Positions 1 to 9,130 of a DNA stretch of 62,712 nt are shown piece by piece. The notes beneath the pieces were generated by a model. The model saw only the letters and a program-made list of their open reading frames with translations. It searched no databases and had not been told where the DNA came from. Source of the DNA: a bacterium. GTDB taxonomy: Bacteria; Patescibacteriota; Patescibacteriia; UBA2169. Within the stretch, counting starts at the first letter, position 1. Each line of letters begins with the position of its first letter. The DNA is taken from assembly GCA_002687895.1 (NCBI GenBank), contig NZBL01000017.1, positions 1 to 62,712 on the forward strand, given 5' to 3'. The position numbers and the translations under genes are program-made.

Positions 1-2710
1 TGCCCCCATCTAGAACAGTTAATACTGCAGTAGAAGCATCATAAAGGTTGAATATGTCACCAGTTCCATGCTGGTACACAGCAAGGGTAGTTGAAGCTGA
101 CCCTGATTGGGATATGAGTGCTAGGGCAGTTGATGTTGCAGCTGTTATCCTTGCTGTTGTAGTTGCTGTTACAGAAGTTTGAGTGATATCTATGGCTACT
201 GCATTTCCTGATTGAGTAAGCGCGAACGCGGGGCTGGAAGTCGCAGCCGTGGTTAGTATGAATCTGTCATGCACAGTATCTACCTGGAAAGTGTTACCAA
301 TATCATCTTTTACCAAGAAAGCCTGCGTGCTTGACGCGGTTAAATTAAGAGTATCAATAAAAGCGAAAGTGTCATTTAAGATAACTGCTCCGTTGAAAGT
401 AGCTGCTCCTGCAACAGTAAGCGCGCTAGACAGCGTAGTTGTTGCTGTTACTGCTAGTGTATCAGAAAGAGTGGTTCCGCCAGTAACAGCAAGAGTTGAT
501 TGAAGCGTAGATGCTCCTGCTACAGTAAGAGCTTTTTCTGCGGTTACTTCGTCTTGAAAAGTGGCTGTAGATCCAAATGTGGCAGTAGAATTTACAACAA
601 AGACATCGCCATCTCCTCCTCCAAATGTTGCGTCTACTGAGCTTAACTGATCAAACGAGCCTAGCACGCCGCCTATGGAGTAGCCGGAAATTGGCCCTGT
701 TGTTACAACAGCGTGCGGGCTGAACGTGCCGCCTATAGTTAAATTATTTCCAACAGTAACATTTCCAGAAAGTATAGAATCTTTTGTTACATTGAGCGTT
801 CCTGTAATGTTGGCGTTTTTAGCTGTTAGTGTGTCGTTGACCTTGAGTGGCGCATTAAATGCCAAATCATTTATAGATGCCTCAAACAATGGCTCGCTAA
901 ATCCCTCTGGCTTAACCTCTAATGAATCAGTAATAATAGCAGCTTTTGACACAAGCCCTTGAACTGCTTGAATGGTTTTTGCGACTTCTAAAGTGTCATT
1001 CAAAGTAACTGATCCATTTGCGGTTAATGTCCCTGCTACAGTTAAGGTGCCCCCTGCGTCTAAATTACCAGTAATGGTTGCGCTGTCATTTACCACTAAA
1101 GTTGTGTTGATTCCTACTTGCTGGTTTGATGCTTGTAATGATCCAGCTCCAATATCTAAAGTTGACGCGATAAGGGATGAGGTTACTACAGAATTAGTAT
1201 CAATAAGCGTGGATGATGCGCCTACTTTCAAGACTCCTGACTCTGAAACAGAAAATACTACCTGGCCATTTGAATCAACTCCTTGGATAATATGGCCGCT
1301 TCCAAAACTCACAATCTGCAGCGCGGTTTCTGATATATCTTTTTTATTTGTAAATACTTTTGCGGCCTTTTGAAGCTCAATTTCTCCTACCATAAGCATG
1401 CCAGAGCTAGACTCTCCAAGCTGTGATGGACCAAACACCCCTGGATCGCTGGCAGAGGATGTATTGCCTGGAATATCAGATGTAACTTGGGCCACATAAG
1501 TTCCTGCTGGCTGAATTATTTTTGCAAGGCTTACTCTTGAACTAAGCTGGCTAATTGATTGGTTTACGCTGCTTAAAGGATTTACTTTTGTAACTTGCTT
1601 GCCTACTTCAACTGCTTGTCCTGAAAGCCGAGCCAAAGTTGCTGTAAGTGAATTTGGATTTACAAAGCTAATTAAGGATTTTGATATGCTGCTAGGAGTG
1701 TTGATTGCGTCTTGGGAGCTGTTTTTGAGCTCCTCAACAATATATCCAAAAGCTAATTTGTTCTCTGGAGCAATATTGCGCTGTGCTTGATCCCCAGCAA
1801 TAGTGCCTTTTGGAGTTTGTACAATAAACGCTGAATCCTTGTATCTCTTAAATCCCATGGAGCTTGCAATATCGTAAGAAAATTCTTGCTGGGCTTTTGC
1901 AATGTATTTTGTGGGCGAGCTCGCAAGCTGGGTTGATTCTAATATGCGCTTTACTAAATCATCAGCATTTGAAGCAACAGGCATGGCTGCTTTTTTCGCA
2001 ATAGTGCTTACAACTCTTATGCTTCCGTTTACTCCTAAATCAATAACTTTTCCAGCGACCTTAGAGGCTGTTACTCCCCAATGAGCCCAAGCCTCTGGAG
2101 GAGCTATAAATGCAAAAGCAATTGTAATTGCTAAAACTAATCCAAACACCCTAGTAGCTGTTAAGCGCGGTATAAACGCAAGCCTAACTCCAAACAATCT
2201 TGGGCCATATCCAATTCTATGTTTAGGCTTAAAAAATCTCTTTTTAGCTTGAGTATCGGTTTTCAGATATTGCTTTACTTTATCCGATACTGTTCCATTA
2301 CCATGCTTAGCTGTATATTCATCTATCCAGGCTTTTTTGGTGTACCAATTTCTGCCTATTTTTTTGCCGCGCAATTTGCCTTGGCGAACTCGCAAAGACA
2401 GGTATTCTGAAGAGTAATTAGTAAGGTTTCCACTTGCTTCTGAAAGCAGTACAAAGTCATCAATACTAGATGCCTTGCTTGCTTGCTTGTTTTGGCCTTG
2501 CTCTTTACCAGATGATAAAGATGAATCTATTTTTTTAACAGATTTCAGGTATTGGGTAACATCAGCTTTGGTGGTAAACCATGTCTTGCCGCGCTTTTCG
2601 CACTTGAGCCTTTGTTTTCGCGCAAGCAAAGACAGATACTCCGCAGAATACGGAGTATTTATAGCAGCCTCTGAAAGAGGAATTAGTTGGTTTTTATTTT
2701 TCTTTCCCAT
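1..2710 (-). CDS. Large membrane-anchored, repeat-rich surface protein. The N-terminus is in the window and the C-terminus runs off the left edge. It is absent from the supplied ORF track.
   Basis: Manual reverse-complement translation from the ATG at 2710-2708 gives MGKKNKNQLIPLSEAAINTPYSAEYLSLLARKQRLKCEKRGKTWFTTKADVTQYL. A second copy of the same HTH-like module follows (SSEYLSLRVRQGKLRGKKIGRNWYTKKAWIDEY), then one hydrophobic helix (VFGLVLAITIAFAFIAPP). About 700 aa of T/S/G/A/V/N-rich repeats follow (e.g. TLTVAGTLTANGSVTLNDTL), and I met no stop down to base 1. The + strand ORFs at 249-2738 are low-complexity antisense artefacts. Confidence 0.6.
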   Translation of the reverse strand, partial: MGKKNKNQLIPLSEAAINTPYSAEYLSLLARKQRLKCEKRGKTWFTTKADVTQYLKSVKKIDSSLSSGKEQGQNKQASKASSIDDFVLLSEASGNLTNYSSEYLSLRVRQGKLRGKKIGRNWYTKKAWIDEYTAKHGNGTVSDKVKQYLKTDTQAKKRFFKPKHRIGYGPRLFGVRLAFIPRLTATRVFGLVLAITIAFAFIAPPEAWAHWGVTASKVAGKVIDLGVNGSIRVVSTIAKKAAMPVASNADDLVKRILESTQLASSPTKYIAKAQQEFSYDIASSMGFKRYKDSAFIVQTPKGTIAGDQAQRNIAPENKLAFGYIVEELKNSSQDAINTPSSISKSLISFVNPNSLTATLARLSGQAVEVGKQVTKVNPLSSVNQSISQLSSRVSLAKIIQPAGTYVAQVTSDIPGNTSSASDPGVFGPSQLGESSSGMLMVGEIELQKAAKVFTNKKDISETALQIVSFGSGHIIQGVDSNGQVVFSVSESGVLKVGASSTLIDTNSVVTSSLIASTLDIGAGSLQASNQQVGINTTLVVNDSATITGNLDAGGTLTVAGTLTANGSVTLNDTLEVAKTIQAVQGLVSKAAIITDSLEVKPEGFSEPLFEASINDLAFNAPLKVNDTLTAKNANITGTLNVTKDSILSGNVTVGNNLTIGGTFSPHAVVTTGPISGYSIGGVLGSFDQLSSVDATFGGGDGDVFVVNSTATFGSTATFQDEVTAEKALTVAGASTLQSTLAVTGGTTLSDTLAVTATTTLSSALTVAGAATFNGAVILNDTFAFIDTLNLTASSTQAFLVKDDIGNTFQVDTVHDRFILTTAATSSPAFALTQSGNAVAIDITQTSVTATTTARITAATSTALALISQSGSASTTLAVYQHGTGDIFNLYDASTAVLTVLDGG

Positions 2711-2864
2711 GTGTGACAAGCTGGGGAATTTTCTTTGAATTCTGCGTATACGATATCATCTGATACCTTAATACGATATGAATTTATTATACAATATAGA
2801 GTATCGGATTGTCTATAGGTTATCCACATACTATCCGATACTGACACATTTTATGTTCACAATA

Positions 2865-2887
2865 CAAAAACCCGCTTTATAAGCGGA
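2865..2887 (-). terminator. Intrinsic terminator downstream of tRNA-Asn
   Basis: The minus strand reads CCGCTT-ATA-AAGCGG followed by GTTTTTG. Confidence 0.55.
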
Positions 2888-2893
2888 CTTTTG

Positions 2894-2968
2894 TGGCTCC
2901 GGGGGTCGGATTCGAACCGACGGCCAATTGGTTAACAGCCAACTGCTCTACCGCTGAGCTACCCCGGA
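2894..2968 (-). tRNA. tRNA-Asn (anticodon GTT), CCA encoded
   Basis: The minus strand reads TCCGGGGTAGCTCAGCGGTAGAGCAGTTGGCTGTTAACCAATTGGCCGTCGGTTCGAATCCGACCCCCGGAGCCA. It folds as a cloverleaf with anticodon loop CTGTTAA and T-loop GGTTCGAATCC. Confidence 0.9.
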
Positions 2969-2987
2969 TTAATTAATTGTAAAAACA

Positions 2988-4274
2988 TTAATAATCATGC
3001 AACCTACGCATATTATCAGCTTCTTGGATTTTTTCAAGTGCTTTTGCCTCAATCTGCCGAATCCTCTCTCGCGTTACTCCAAACTCCTGTCCCACCTCCT
3101 CTAAAGTATGCGCTATTCCGTCATTCAAACCAAATCTCATCTGCAAAATCTTTTGCTCCCGCGGAGTTAATCTATCAATTGCCGCCTTAACATGATCTCG
3201 CAAAATCTCTAAAGAAGCAATTCTATCTGGAGATATTGTTTTAATATCTTCTATAAAATCACCCAAAGTAGAATCCTTGTCATCATCATCTCCCACTGAT
3301 GTTTCCAAAGACACAGTATCCTGCGAAATCTTGCGTATGTGATGAATCTTATCAATCTCCTCCCCCATTTCAGCTGCTATTTCCTCTGGCAAAGGCTCGC
3401 GCCCAAGGTCTTGAATAAGCCTTCGCTCTACTTGCTGATAGCGGTTGATTGTTTCCACCATATGAACAGGAATTCGGATGGTGCGCGACTGGTCCGCAAG
3501 AGCGCGCGTAATTGCCTGCCTAATCCACCAAGTCGCGTACGTAGAAAACTTGTATCCTTTGCGGTAATCAAACTTTTCCACTGCACGAAAGAGCCCGATG
3601 TTTCCCTCCTGGATAAGATCTAATAAGGACAAAGATCTGCCAGTAAACTTTTTAGCGATTGATACAACTAATCGCAAGTTTGCCTCAATAAGCTTTTTCT
3701 TGGCTTCTAAATCGCCTGTTTCTTTCCTTTTAGCTAATGCGACTTCTTCTTCGCTTTTGAGCAAAGGAACTCTTCCTATCTCTCTTAAATACATTTGAAT
3801 AGAGTCTGCGCTAATATCAGAAAGGTCTAAATATCGCAATAAATCTTTTTCAGAAGATTGTTTTGCTTTATCTTCTTTTTTCAATTTTTTCTCTTCTGTA
3901 CTGCCCAAAGCAACACTTCCTAAAATCCCTTCATCTGTCTGCTTAAGCTCTATTCCGATAAAATCCATTTCATCTAAAAACTCCTCAAAATCAGGAACAT
4001 ATTCCTCTATTTCTGGAAACGTATACAACACCTCCTGCTCTGTAATAAACCCCCTGCCTCGGCCCTTAGCGATTAAACTTGAATATTCCTGTTCTGTTGG
4101 AGGCGCGACCTCTTTCCTTTTTACAGCAGGCTTTTTTACAACAGATTTTGGAGTGGTTCTTTTTGCGGACTTAACATGCGCCTTTATGGGCGCTTTCTTG
4201 CTAATTGCTGGCTTTTTAGCTTTTACAGCAATTTTCTTAGGTGCTGATTTTTTTGCCTTTTTCTTAGCTGGCAT
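2988..4274 (-). CDS. rpoD: RNA polymerase sigma factor RpoD (sigma-70) with a Lys/Ala-rich N-terminal extension
   Basis: Conserved sigma-70 regions 2-4 are present ([40 protein letters not shown]; [24 protein letters not shown]). Confidence 0.95.
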   Translation of the reverse strand: MPAKKKAKKSAPKKIAVKAKKPAISKKAPIKAHVKSAKRTTPKSVVKKPAVKRKEVAPPTEQEYSSLIAKGRGRGFITEQEVLYTFPEIEEYVPDFEEFLDEMDFIGIELKQTDEGILGSVALGSTEEKKLKKEDKAKQSSEKDLLRYLDLSDISADSIQMYLREIGRVPLLKSEEEVALAKRKETGDLEAKKKLIEANLRLVVSIAKKFTGRSLSLLDLIQEGNIGLFRAVEKFDYRKGYKFSTYATWWIRQAITRALADQSRTIRIPVHMVETINRYQQVERRLIQDLGREPLPEEIAAEMGEEIDKIHHIRKISQDTVSLETSVGDDDDKDSTLGDFIEDIKTISPDRIASLEILRDHVKAAIDRLTPREQKILQMRFGLNDGIAHTLEEVGQEFGVTRERIRQIEAKALEKIQEADNMRRLHDY

Positions 4275-4284
4275 ATATATAATA

Positions 4285-6036
4285 TTACTGGTTTAAGCTC
4301 TTGGGATTAGCTGATAATTCTTTATTTAAATTTTGGTATTGCGCAAGATAAGTATCTAATGATTGCGTATCTCCCTGCTCTTCTGCCGCGCGTATTTGTT
4401 CACGAAGAGAAGAAAGCTTGTTGCGTACGCTGCTGGATTTGAGCCTGTTAATAATCTGTCCTATCTCCTGCTCGCGCTCCTCTTTTGTTAATGACGAGCC
4501 AAGGTCGTCTGACAGCATTATTATTTCACGCCCCAAAGCCTGTAAATCCTGCGGCAGTTCATCAATACGGCAATCATACAATTCTATCCTGCTTTTGTAA
4601 AGCTCGCGCAATTGGCTGTTTGCGAGCAAATCCTCCTCTAATGCTATATCTAACTTATCAGATGACATAAGCCCTAAAAGCCTTATTCCTGCTTGTTCTA
4701 TAATATCTTTTTTAGGCTGATTAGTGTTGTTTGATTCAGGCTGCGGTTCTTTAAAGGATGATGCGTTCTTTTTAGCTATAATTGACCTTAACATTTCCTC
4801 ATTAACATTAATGATGTTTGATAATTTCTGCAGATAATGAGTCTGCTCAATTGGATCTGGAATTCGCGCTATCCATGCCAGAATTATTCCTGCTGCCTGC
4901 TTTTTGCCTTGGGCAGAATTCATGTCATGCTGTTTTGACACTGCATTAAAAACCCAATCCATAAGTTCAACTCTGGATTCTATTGCTTTTTGCCATTCTT
5001 CAGAAGACTTTTTAATAAGATCGTCTGGATCAACTCCTTCTGGCAAACTTATGACCGAGATTGACATGTCAGCGCGCCACGCGACCTCAAGACCACGCAT
5101 AAGTGCGTCTTGGCCAGCTATGTCAGGATCAAATGCCAAAGCAATATTTTTAGTATATCTTTTTAATAATTGGATTTGCTCGCTCGTAAGCGCGGTTCCA
5201 CTTGATGCAACTACATTTGTGACGCCTGCCTCATGGCTTGATATGCAATCCATGTTTCCTTCTACAACAACCGCGAGATCTTGCTTTCTGATCTCTTGCT
5301 TGGCGCGCGACAATCCATACAGAACACTGCTTTTGTGGTAAATAGATGTTTCTGGAGTGTTGATATACTTGCCACCAATATCCTCCTCATTTAATTTACG
5401 CGCTGTAAATCCTATAACACTGCCGTGAACATCTGTAATTGGAAACATTAAGCGATTGCGAAATCTGTCATACAATCCACCTCTGTCGTTTGCTGACGCT
5501 AATCCTGCTTTTACAATCTCCTGATCCAAGTATCCACGGCTATGAAGATATGTAGTTAAGCCTTCCCATGCATCTGGGCTAAAACCCAATTGCCAAGTAC
5601 TTTGTGTTTCGCTTTTGACATTGCGCTTAGTTAAATACTCGCGAGCTTTATCCCCAGATTTTGCCTTGAGTAGTGCTTGATGATACCAGCTAGCTGATAA
5701 TCGCAGCATATCTAATAATCTGGTACGCTCTGATTCTGCTTTTGGATCTTGGCGCTCAAGTTTGACGCCTGCACGCTTTGCCAGTAGCCGAAGAGCGTCC
5801 CTAAACTCTATGCCTTCTGTTTCTTTTATAAATCCAAACACATCTCCCCCTCGCGAGCAACCAAAACAATGCCAAATCTGCTTTACAGGGCTTACAATGA
5901 AAGAAGGAGTTTTTTCCTGATGAAACGGACATGGAGCTTTCCAGCTTGTGCCTGCTTTTTTTAAACTAGGCACATATTCGCGCACAAGTTCAACAATATC
6001 AACTTGCTCCCTAATTTGGTCAGTTATTTGCGACAT
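4285..6036 (-). CDS. dnaG: DNA primase DnaG
   Basis: It has a zinc-finger and TOPRIM primase sequence ([24 protein letters not shown]; [11 protein letters not shown]). I moved the start to [15 protein letters not shown] (ATG at 6036) because the ORF-track N-terminal extension is encoded by the tRNA-Ser gene. Confidence 0.9.
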   Translation of the reverse strand: MSQITDQIREQVDIVELVREYVPSLKKAGTSWKAPCPFHQEKTPSFIVSPVKQIWHCFGCSRGGDVFGFIKETEGIEFRDALRLLAKRAGVKLERQDPKAESERTRLLDMLRLSASWYHQALLKAKSGDKAREYLTKRNVKSETQSTWQLGFSPDAWEGLTTYLHSRGYLDQEIVKAGLASANDRGGLYDRFRNRLMFPITDVHGSVIGFTARKLNEEDIGGKYINTPETSIYHKSSVLYGLSRAKQEIRKQDLAVVVEGNMDCISSHEAGVTNVVASSGTALTSEQIQLLKRYTKNIALAFDPDIAGQDALMRGLEVAWRADMSISVISLPEGVDPDDLIKKSSEEWQKAIESRVELMDWVFNAVSKQHDMNSAQGKKQAAGIILAWIARIPDPIEQTHYLQKLSNIINVNEEMLRSIIAKKNASSFKEPQPESNNTNQPKKDIIEQAGIRLLGLMSSDKLDIALEEDLLANSQLRELYKSRIELYDCRIDELPQDLQALGREIIMLSDDLGSSLTKEEREQEIGQIINRLKSSSVRNKLSSLREQIRAAEEQGDTQSLDTYLAQYQNLNKELSANPKSLNQ

Positions 6037-6044
6037 AAAAATCA

Positions 6045-6136
<92 letters not shown>

Positions 6137-6148
6137 ATATTATAATAA

Positions 6149-6421
6149 TTACTTCCTATATATATCTTTTCTATGCCTTACAGCAAGTATCAATAATACA
6201 TTAATATTGCCTTGTTTGTCTACATCAAAAATTACCCTATAATCGCCTATGCGAAATCTGTACTCACCGCTTGATGCATGCGCCAGCTTATGCGCAAAAG
6301 ACAAGGGATTATTTTGTTTTGAATAAAAATACAATTTATCAGTAATTCTCTTTCGCAATGGCATGTGTAGCTTATTAAGCTGGCTTATTGCATTTTTTGC
6401 ATAAACGAGCTTATAAATCAT
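6149..6421 (-). CDS. Type II toxin, RelE/ParE family
   Basis: The 90-aa product contains GEYRFRIGDYRVIFDVDKQGNINVLLILAVRHRKDIY, typical of RelE/ParE. It overlaps the upstream antitoxin ORF by 4 bp. Confidence 0.8.
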   Translation of the reverse strand: MIYKLVYAKNAISQLNKLHMPLRKRITDKLYFYSKQNNPLSFAHKLAHASSGEYRFRIGDYRVIFDVDKQGNINVLLILAVRHRKDIYRK

Positions 6422-6666
6422 AATCCAAGAGCCTTTAGTGCTTCTTTGTGAGTGTAAGTTTCACCTCTTTTTACTTGTTCTCTTGCTTCTTTAATGTCTT
6501 CTTCAAGATCCTTAAGAATTAAACGATCATCAGTAAGCGGCTTTACCTCAAACACAGGAGTGGCATGATGCATAACAATATAGCGCCTATTTTTCTTGCG
6601 TGCATCTTTCCAAAGCGATGTAATATTTTGGCGAAACTCCTTAATTCCAATTACTTGTGTAGTCAT
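6418..6666 (-). CDS. Type II antitoxin, Phd/YefM-like
   Basis: The 82-aa product starts MTTQVIGIKEFRQNITSLWKDARKKNRRYIVMHHATPVFEV, resembling the Phd/YefM N-terminus. It is translationally coupled to the RelE-like gene. Confidence 0.7.
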   Translation of the reverse strand: MTTQVIGIKEFRQNITSLWKDARKKNRRYIVMHHATPVFEVKPLTDDRLILKDLEEDIKEAREQVKRGETYTHKEALKALGL

Positions 6667-6728
6667 AATAAATTAAAATAATAATAAGTATACCTAAAGT
6701 GTACACTTATTATTTAAAATGTCAATTG

Positions 6729-9098
6729 TTATTTTTGTTCTGCTTCCGCAACTCGTTCAATTACTCCTACGACAGAATCCGGGGTCAATGACATGGAATC
6801 AATATCCTGTGTAGCTAGCCAAGCAGCGAACTCTGGATAATCACTAGGCGCTTGGCCGCATATTCCAACTTTTCTATTGTGCTTGCGAGCAATAATGATG
6901 AGGTCTGAAATCATTTTTTTAACTGCTGCGTCATTCTCATCATATATATGCGACACTAACTCACTGTCGCGATCAACGCCAAGTATAAGCTGTGTTAAAT
7001 CATTTGATCCAATTGAGAATCCATCAAAAATTTTTGCAAATTCCTCTGCAAGAATTATGTTAGATGGAATCTCTGCCATTACATACACCTCTAGCCCATT
7101 TTCGCCTTGCCTTAAGCCATACTTTTGCATAACTGACAGTACTTTCTTACCCTCTTCAACTGTTCTGCAAAATGGAATCATAATTTTTATATTAGACAAT
7201 CCCATTTCATCTCTAGCTTTGAGCATTGCGCGGCATTCCAAGCTAAAAGCCGCAACATAGTTTTCATCATAATACCGAGATGCTCCACGCCACCCAAGCA
7301 TTGGATTATCTTCTTTTGGCTCATATTCTTTGCCGCCTATTAAGTTGGCATATTCATTGGTTTTGAAATCTGAAAGGCGGACAATCACGTCTTTTGGGTA
7401 AAAAGCAGCTCCAATACGGCCAACCCCTTGGGCTAATTTATCCACAAAAAACTGTGCTTTATCTTTGTAATCACTAGTTAACTCATCAATCTTTTGTTTC
7501 ACGCTCTCATCCTTAATTGAAGCGTAATTGATCAAAGCCAAAGGATGAATTTGTATAAATGTATTAATGATAAATTCTTCGCGAGCTAAACCAACTCCTT
7601 TGTTTGGTATAAATGAATGATGAAAAGCTTTTTCAGGTGAAGCCAAGTTCATCATAATATTGGTTTTTGTTTTTGGAAGTTTGCGCAAATCATGCTTTGT
7701 AATGGTAAATTCTGCCTTGCCTTCATACACATATCCTATTTCCCCTTCTGCACAGCTGACTGTTGCCAATATGCCTGACTTCAAAACCTCTGTGCCTTTT
7801 TTAGTGCCAACAATCGCGGGAATCCCAAGCTCGCGCGAGACAATTGCCGCATGGCAAGTTCTGCCCCCAGCGTTTGTTACAATTCCAGAAGCCATTTTCA
7901 TGATTGGCTCCCAGTCCGGATCAGTCATTTCTGTAGCAAGAATCTCTCCTTGCTTAAATTGGTTTAAACCAGATACGTCTTTTATAACACGAATCTTTCC
8001 AATGCCCAGTTTTGAGCCAACTGCCTGGCCTTGTGTTAATACCTTGCCCTTGGACTTGATGTGATATTCATTTAAAATATACGCGTCTTTTGAGGCTTGA
8101 ACTGTTTCTGGCCTTGCCTGCACAATATATAATTTTTTATCATTTCCATCTTTTGCCCATTCAATATCCATTGGCCTTTTGTAGTGCTGTTCTATGATGA
8201 TGCCCCAGCGCGCTAATTGCAGAATTTCTTGTTCACTCAAAACATGCTTGCGTTGATCCTCTTGAGTCACATCAACTGTCTTGGTTGGATCTGTTTCCCC
8301 TTGCGAATACAGCATTTTCACTTTCTTGGTGCCAAGAGATTTGCCAACTATTGGCTTTAACTTATCTAATAGCCGCGGCTTAAACACATAATATTCATCT
8401 GGGCTTACCTTGCCCTTTACAACAAGCTCTCCCAATCCCCAAGAGCCGTTGATTAGAATTACGTCTTTGAACCCTGATTCTGTGTCTAAAGTAAACATTA
8501 CTCCAGCGGAGGCAAGATCAGAGCGAACCATCTTTTGCACGCCAACAGATAGTGACACTCCTTCGTGCTTGAATCCTTTATCCACTCTGTAGCTGATAGC
8601 TCTGTCCGTAAATAATGATGCCATGCACTTTTTAACTGATTCCAAAACTGCTTGCTCTCCTTTGATATTTAAAAATGATTCCTGCTGCCCAGCGAATGAC
8701 GCATCAGGAAGATCTTCCGCAGTAGCAGATGACCGGACAGCTACGTCTACTGCCTTTGACTTGTATTGCTTTGATAATTGCAAGTATGCCTGTATAATTT
8801 CCTTTTTTAAATCCAAAGGCAAGGCAGCTGAAAGGATCGCGTACCGAATAGCAGCGCCCCTCTCTGCTAGTTGGCGCATGTTTGTTGTGTCTAAACCCAG
8901 GAGTTGACGCTCTATCTCATCATCTATTCCTGCTTTTTCTAAAAAATATTTATAACCCTCACTAGTCACTGCAAAACCATCAGGAACATTTACCTGACCA
9001 CCAAGATTTTGCACCATCTCGCCTAAGCTTGCGTTCTTGCCTCCCACAAGAGGAACATCTTGGATGCTAAGTTCTTTGAATGTTTTTATGAATCTCAT
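6729..9098 (-). CDS. ppsA: Phosphoenolpyruvate synthase (pyruvate, water dikinase)
   Basis: The 789-aa product has VGGKNASLGEM near the N-terminus, the phosphohistidine region GGRTCHAAIVSRELGIPAIVG, and a C-terminal PEP-utilising domain. Confidence 0.9.
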   Translation of the reverse strand: MRFIKTFKELSIQDVPLVGGKNASLGEMVQNLGGQVNVPDGFAVTSEGYKYFLEKAGIDDEIERQLLGLDTTNMRQLAERGAAIRYAILSAALPLDLKKEIIQAYLQLSKQYKSKAVDVAVRSSATAEDLPDASFAGQQESFLNIKGEQAVLESVKKCMASLFTDRAISYRVDKGFKHEGVSLSVGVQKMVRSDLASAGVMFTLDTESGFKDVILINGSWGLGELVVKGKVSPDEYYVFKPRLLDKLKPIVGKSLGTKKVKMLYSQGETDPTKTVDVTQEDQRKHVLSEQEILQLARWGIIIEQHYKRPMDIEWAKDGNDKKLYIVQARPETVQASKDAYILNEYHIKSKGKVLTQGQAVGSKLGIGKIRVIKDVSGLNQFKQGEILATEMTDPDWEPIMKMASGIVTNAGGRTCHAAIVSRELGIPAIVGTKKGTEVLKSGILATVSCAEGEIGYVYEGKAEFTITKHDLRKLPKTKTNIMMNLASPEKAFHHSFIPNKGVGLAREEFIINTFIQIHPLALINYASIKDESVKQKIDELTSDYKDKAQFFVDKLAQGVGRIGAAFYPKDVIVRLSDFKTNEYANLIGGKEYEPKEDNPMLGWRGASRYYDENYVAAFSLECRAMLKARDEMGLSNIKIMIPFCRTVEEGKKVLSVMQKYGLRQGENGLEVYVMAEIPSNIILAEEFAKIFDGFSIGSNDLTQLILGVDRDSELVSHIYDENDAAVKKMISDLIIIARKHNRKVGICGQAPSDYPEFAAWLATQDIDSMSLTPDSVVGVIERVAEAEQK

Positions 9099-9130
9099 TT
9101 TATTTTGATATCACAATTTGTGATTTCAAG

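Noticed and set aside
249-2738. Eight + strand ORFs (60-133 aa) with V/S/T/A/F-rich low-complexity products
   Set aside because: They are antisense frames of the long minus-strand repeat-protein ORF (1-2710). Their compositions mirror its Thr/Ser/Gly/Asn/Ala repeats and none has a recognisable family.
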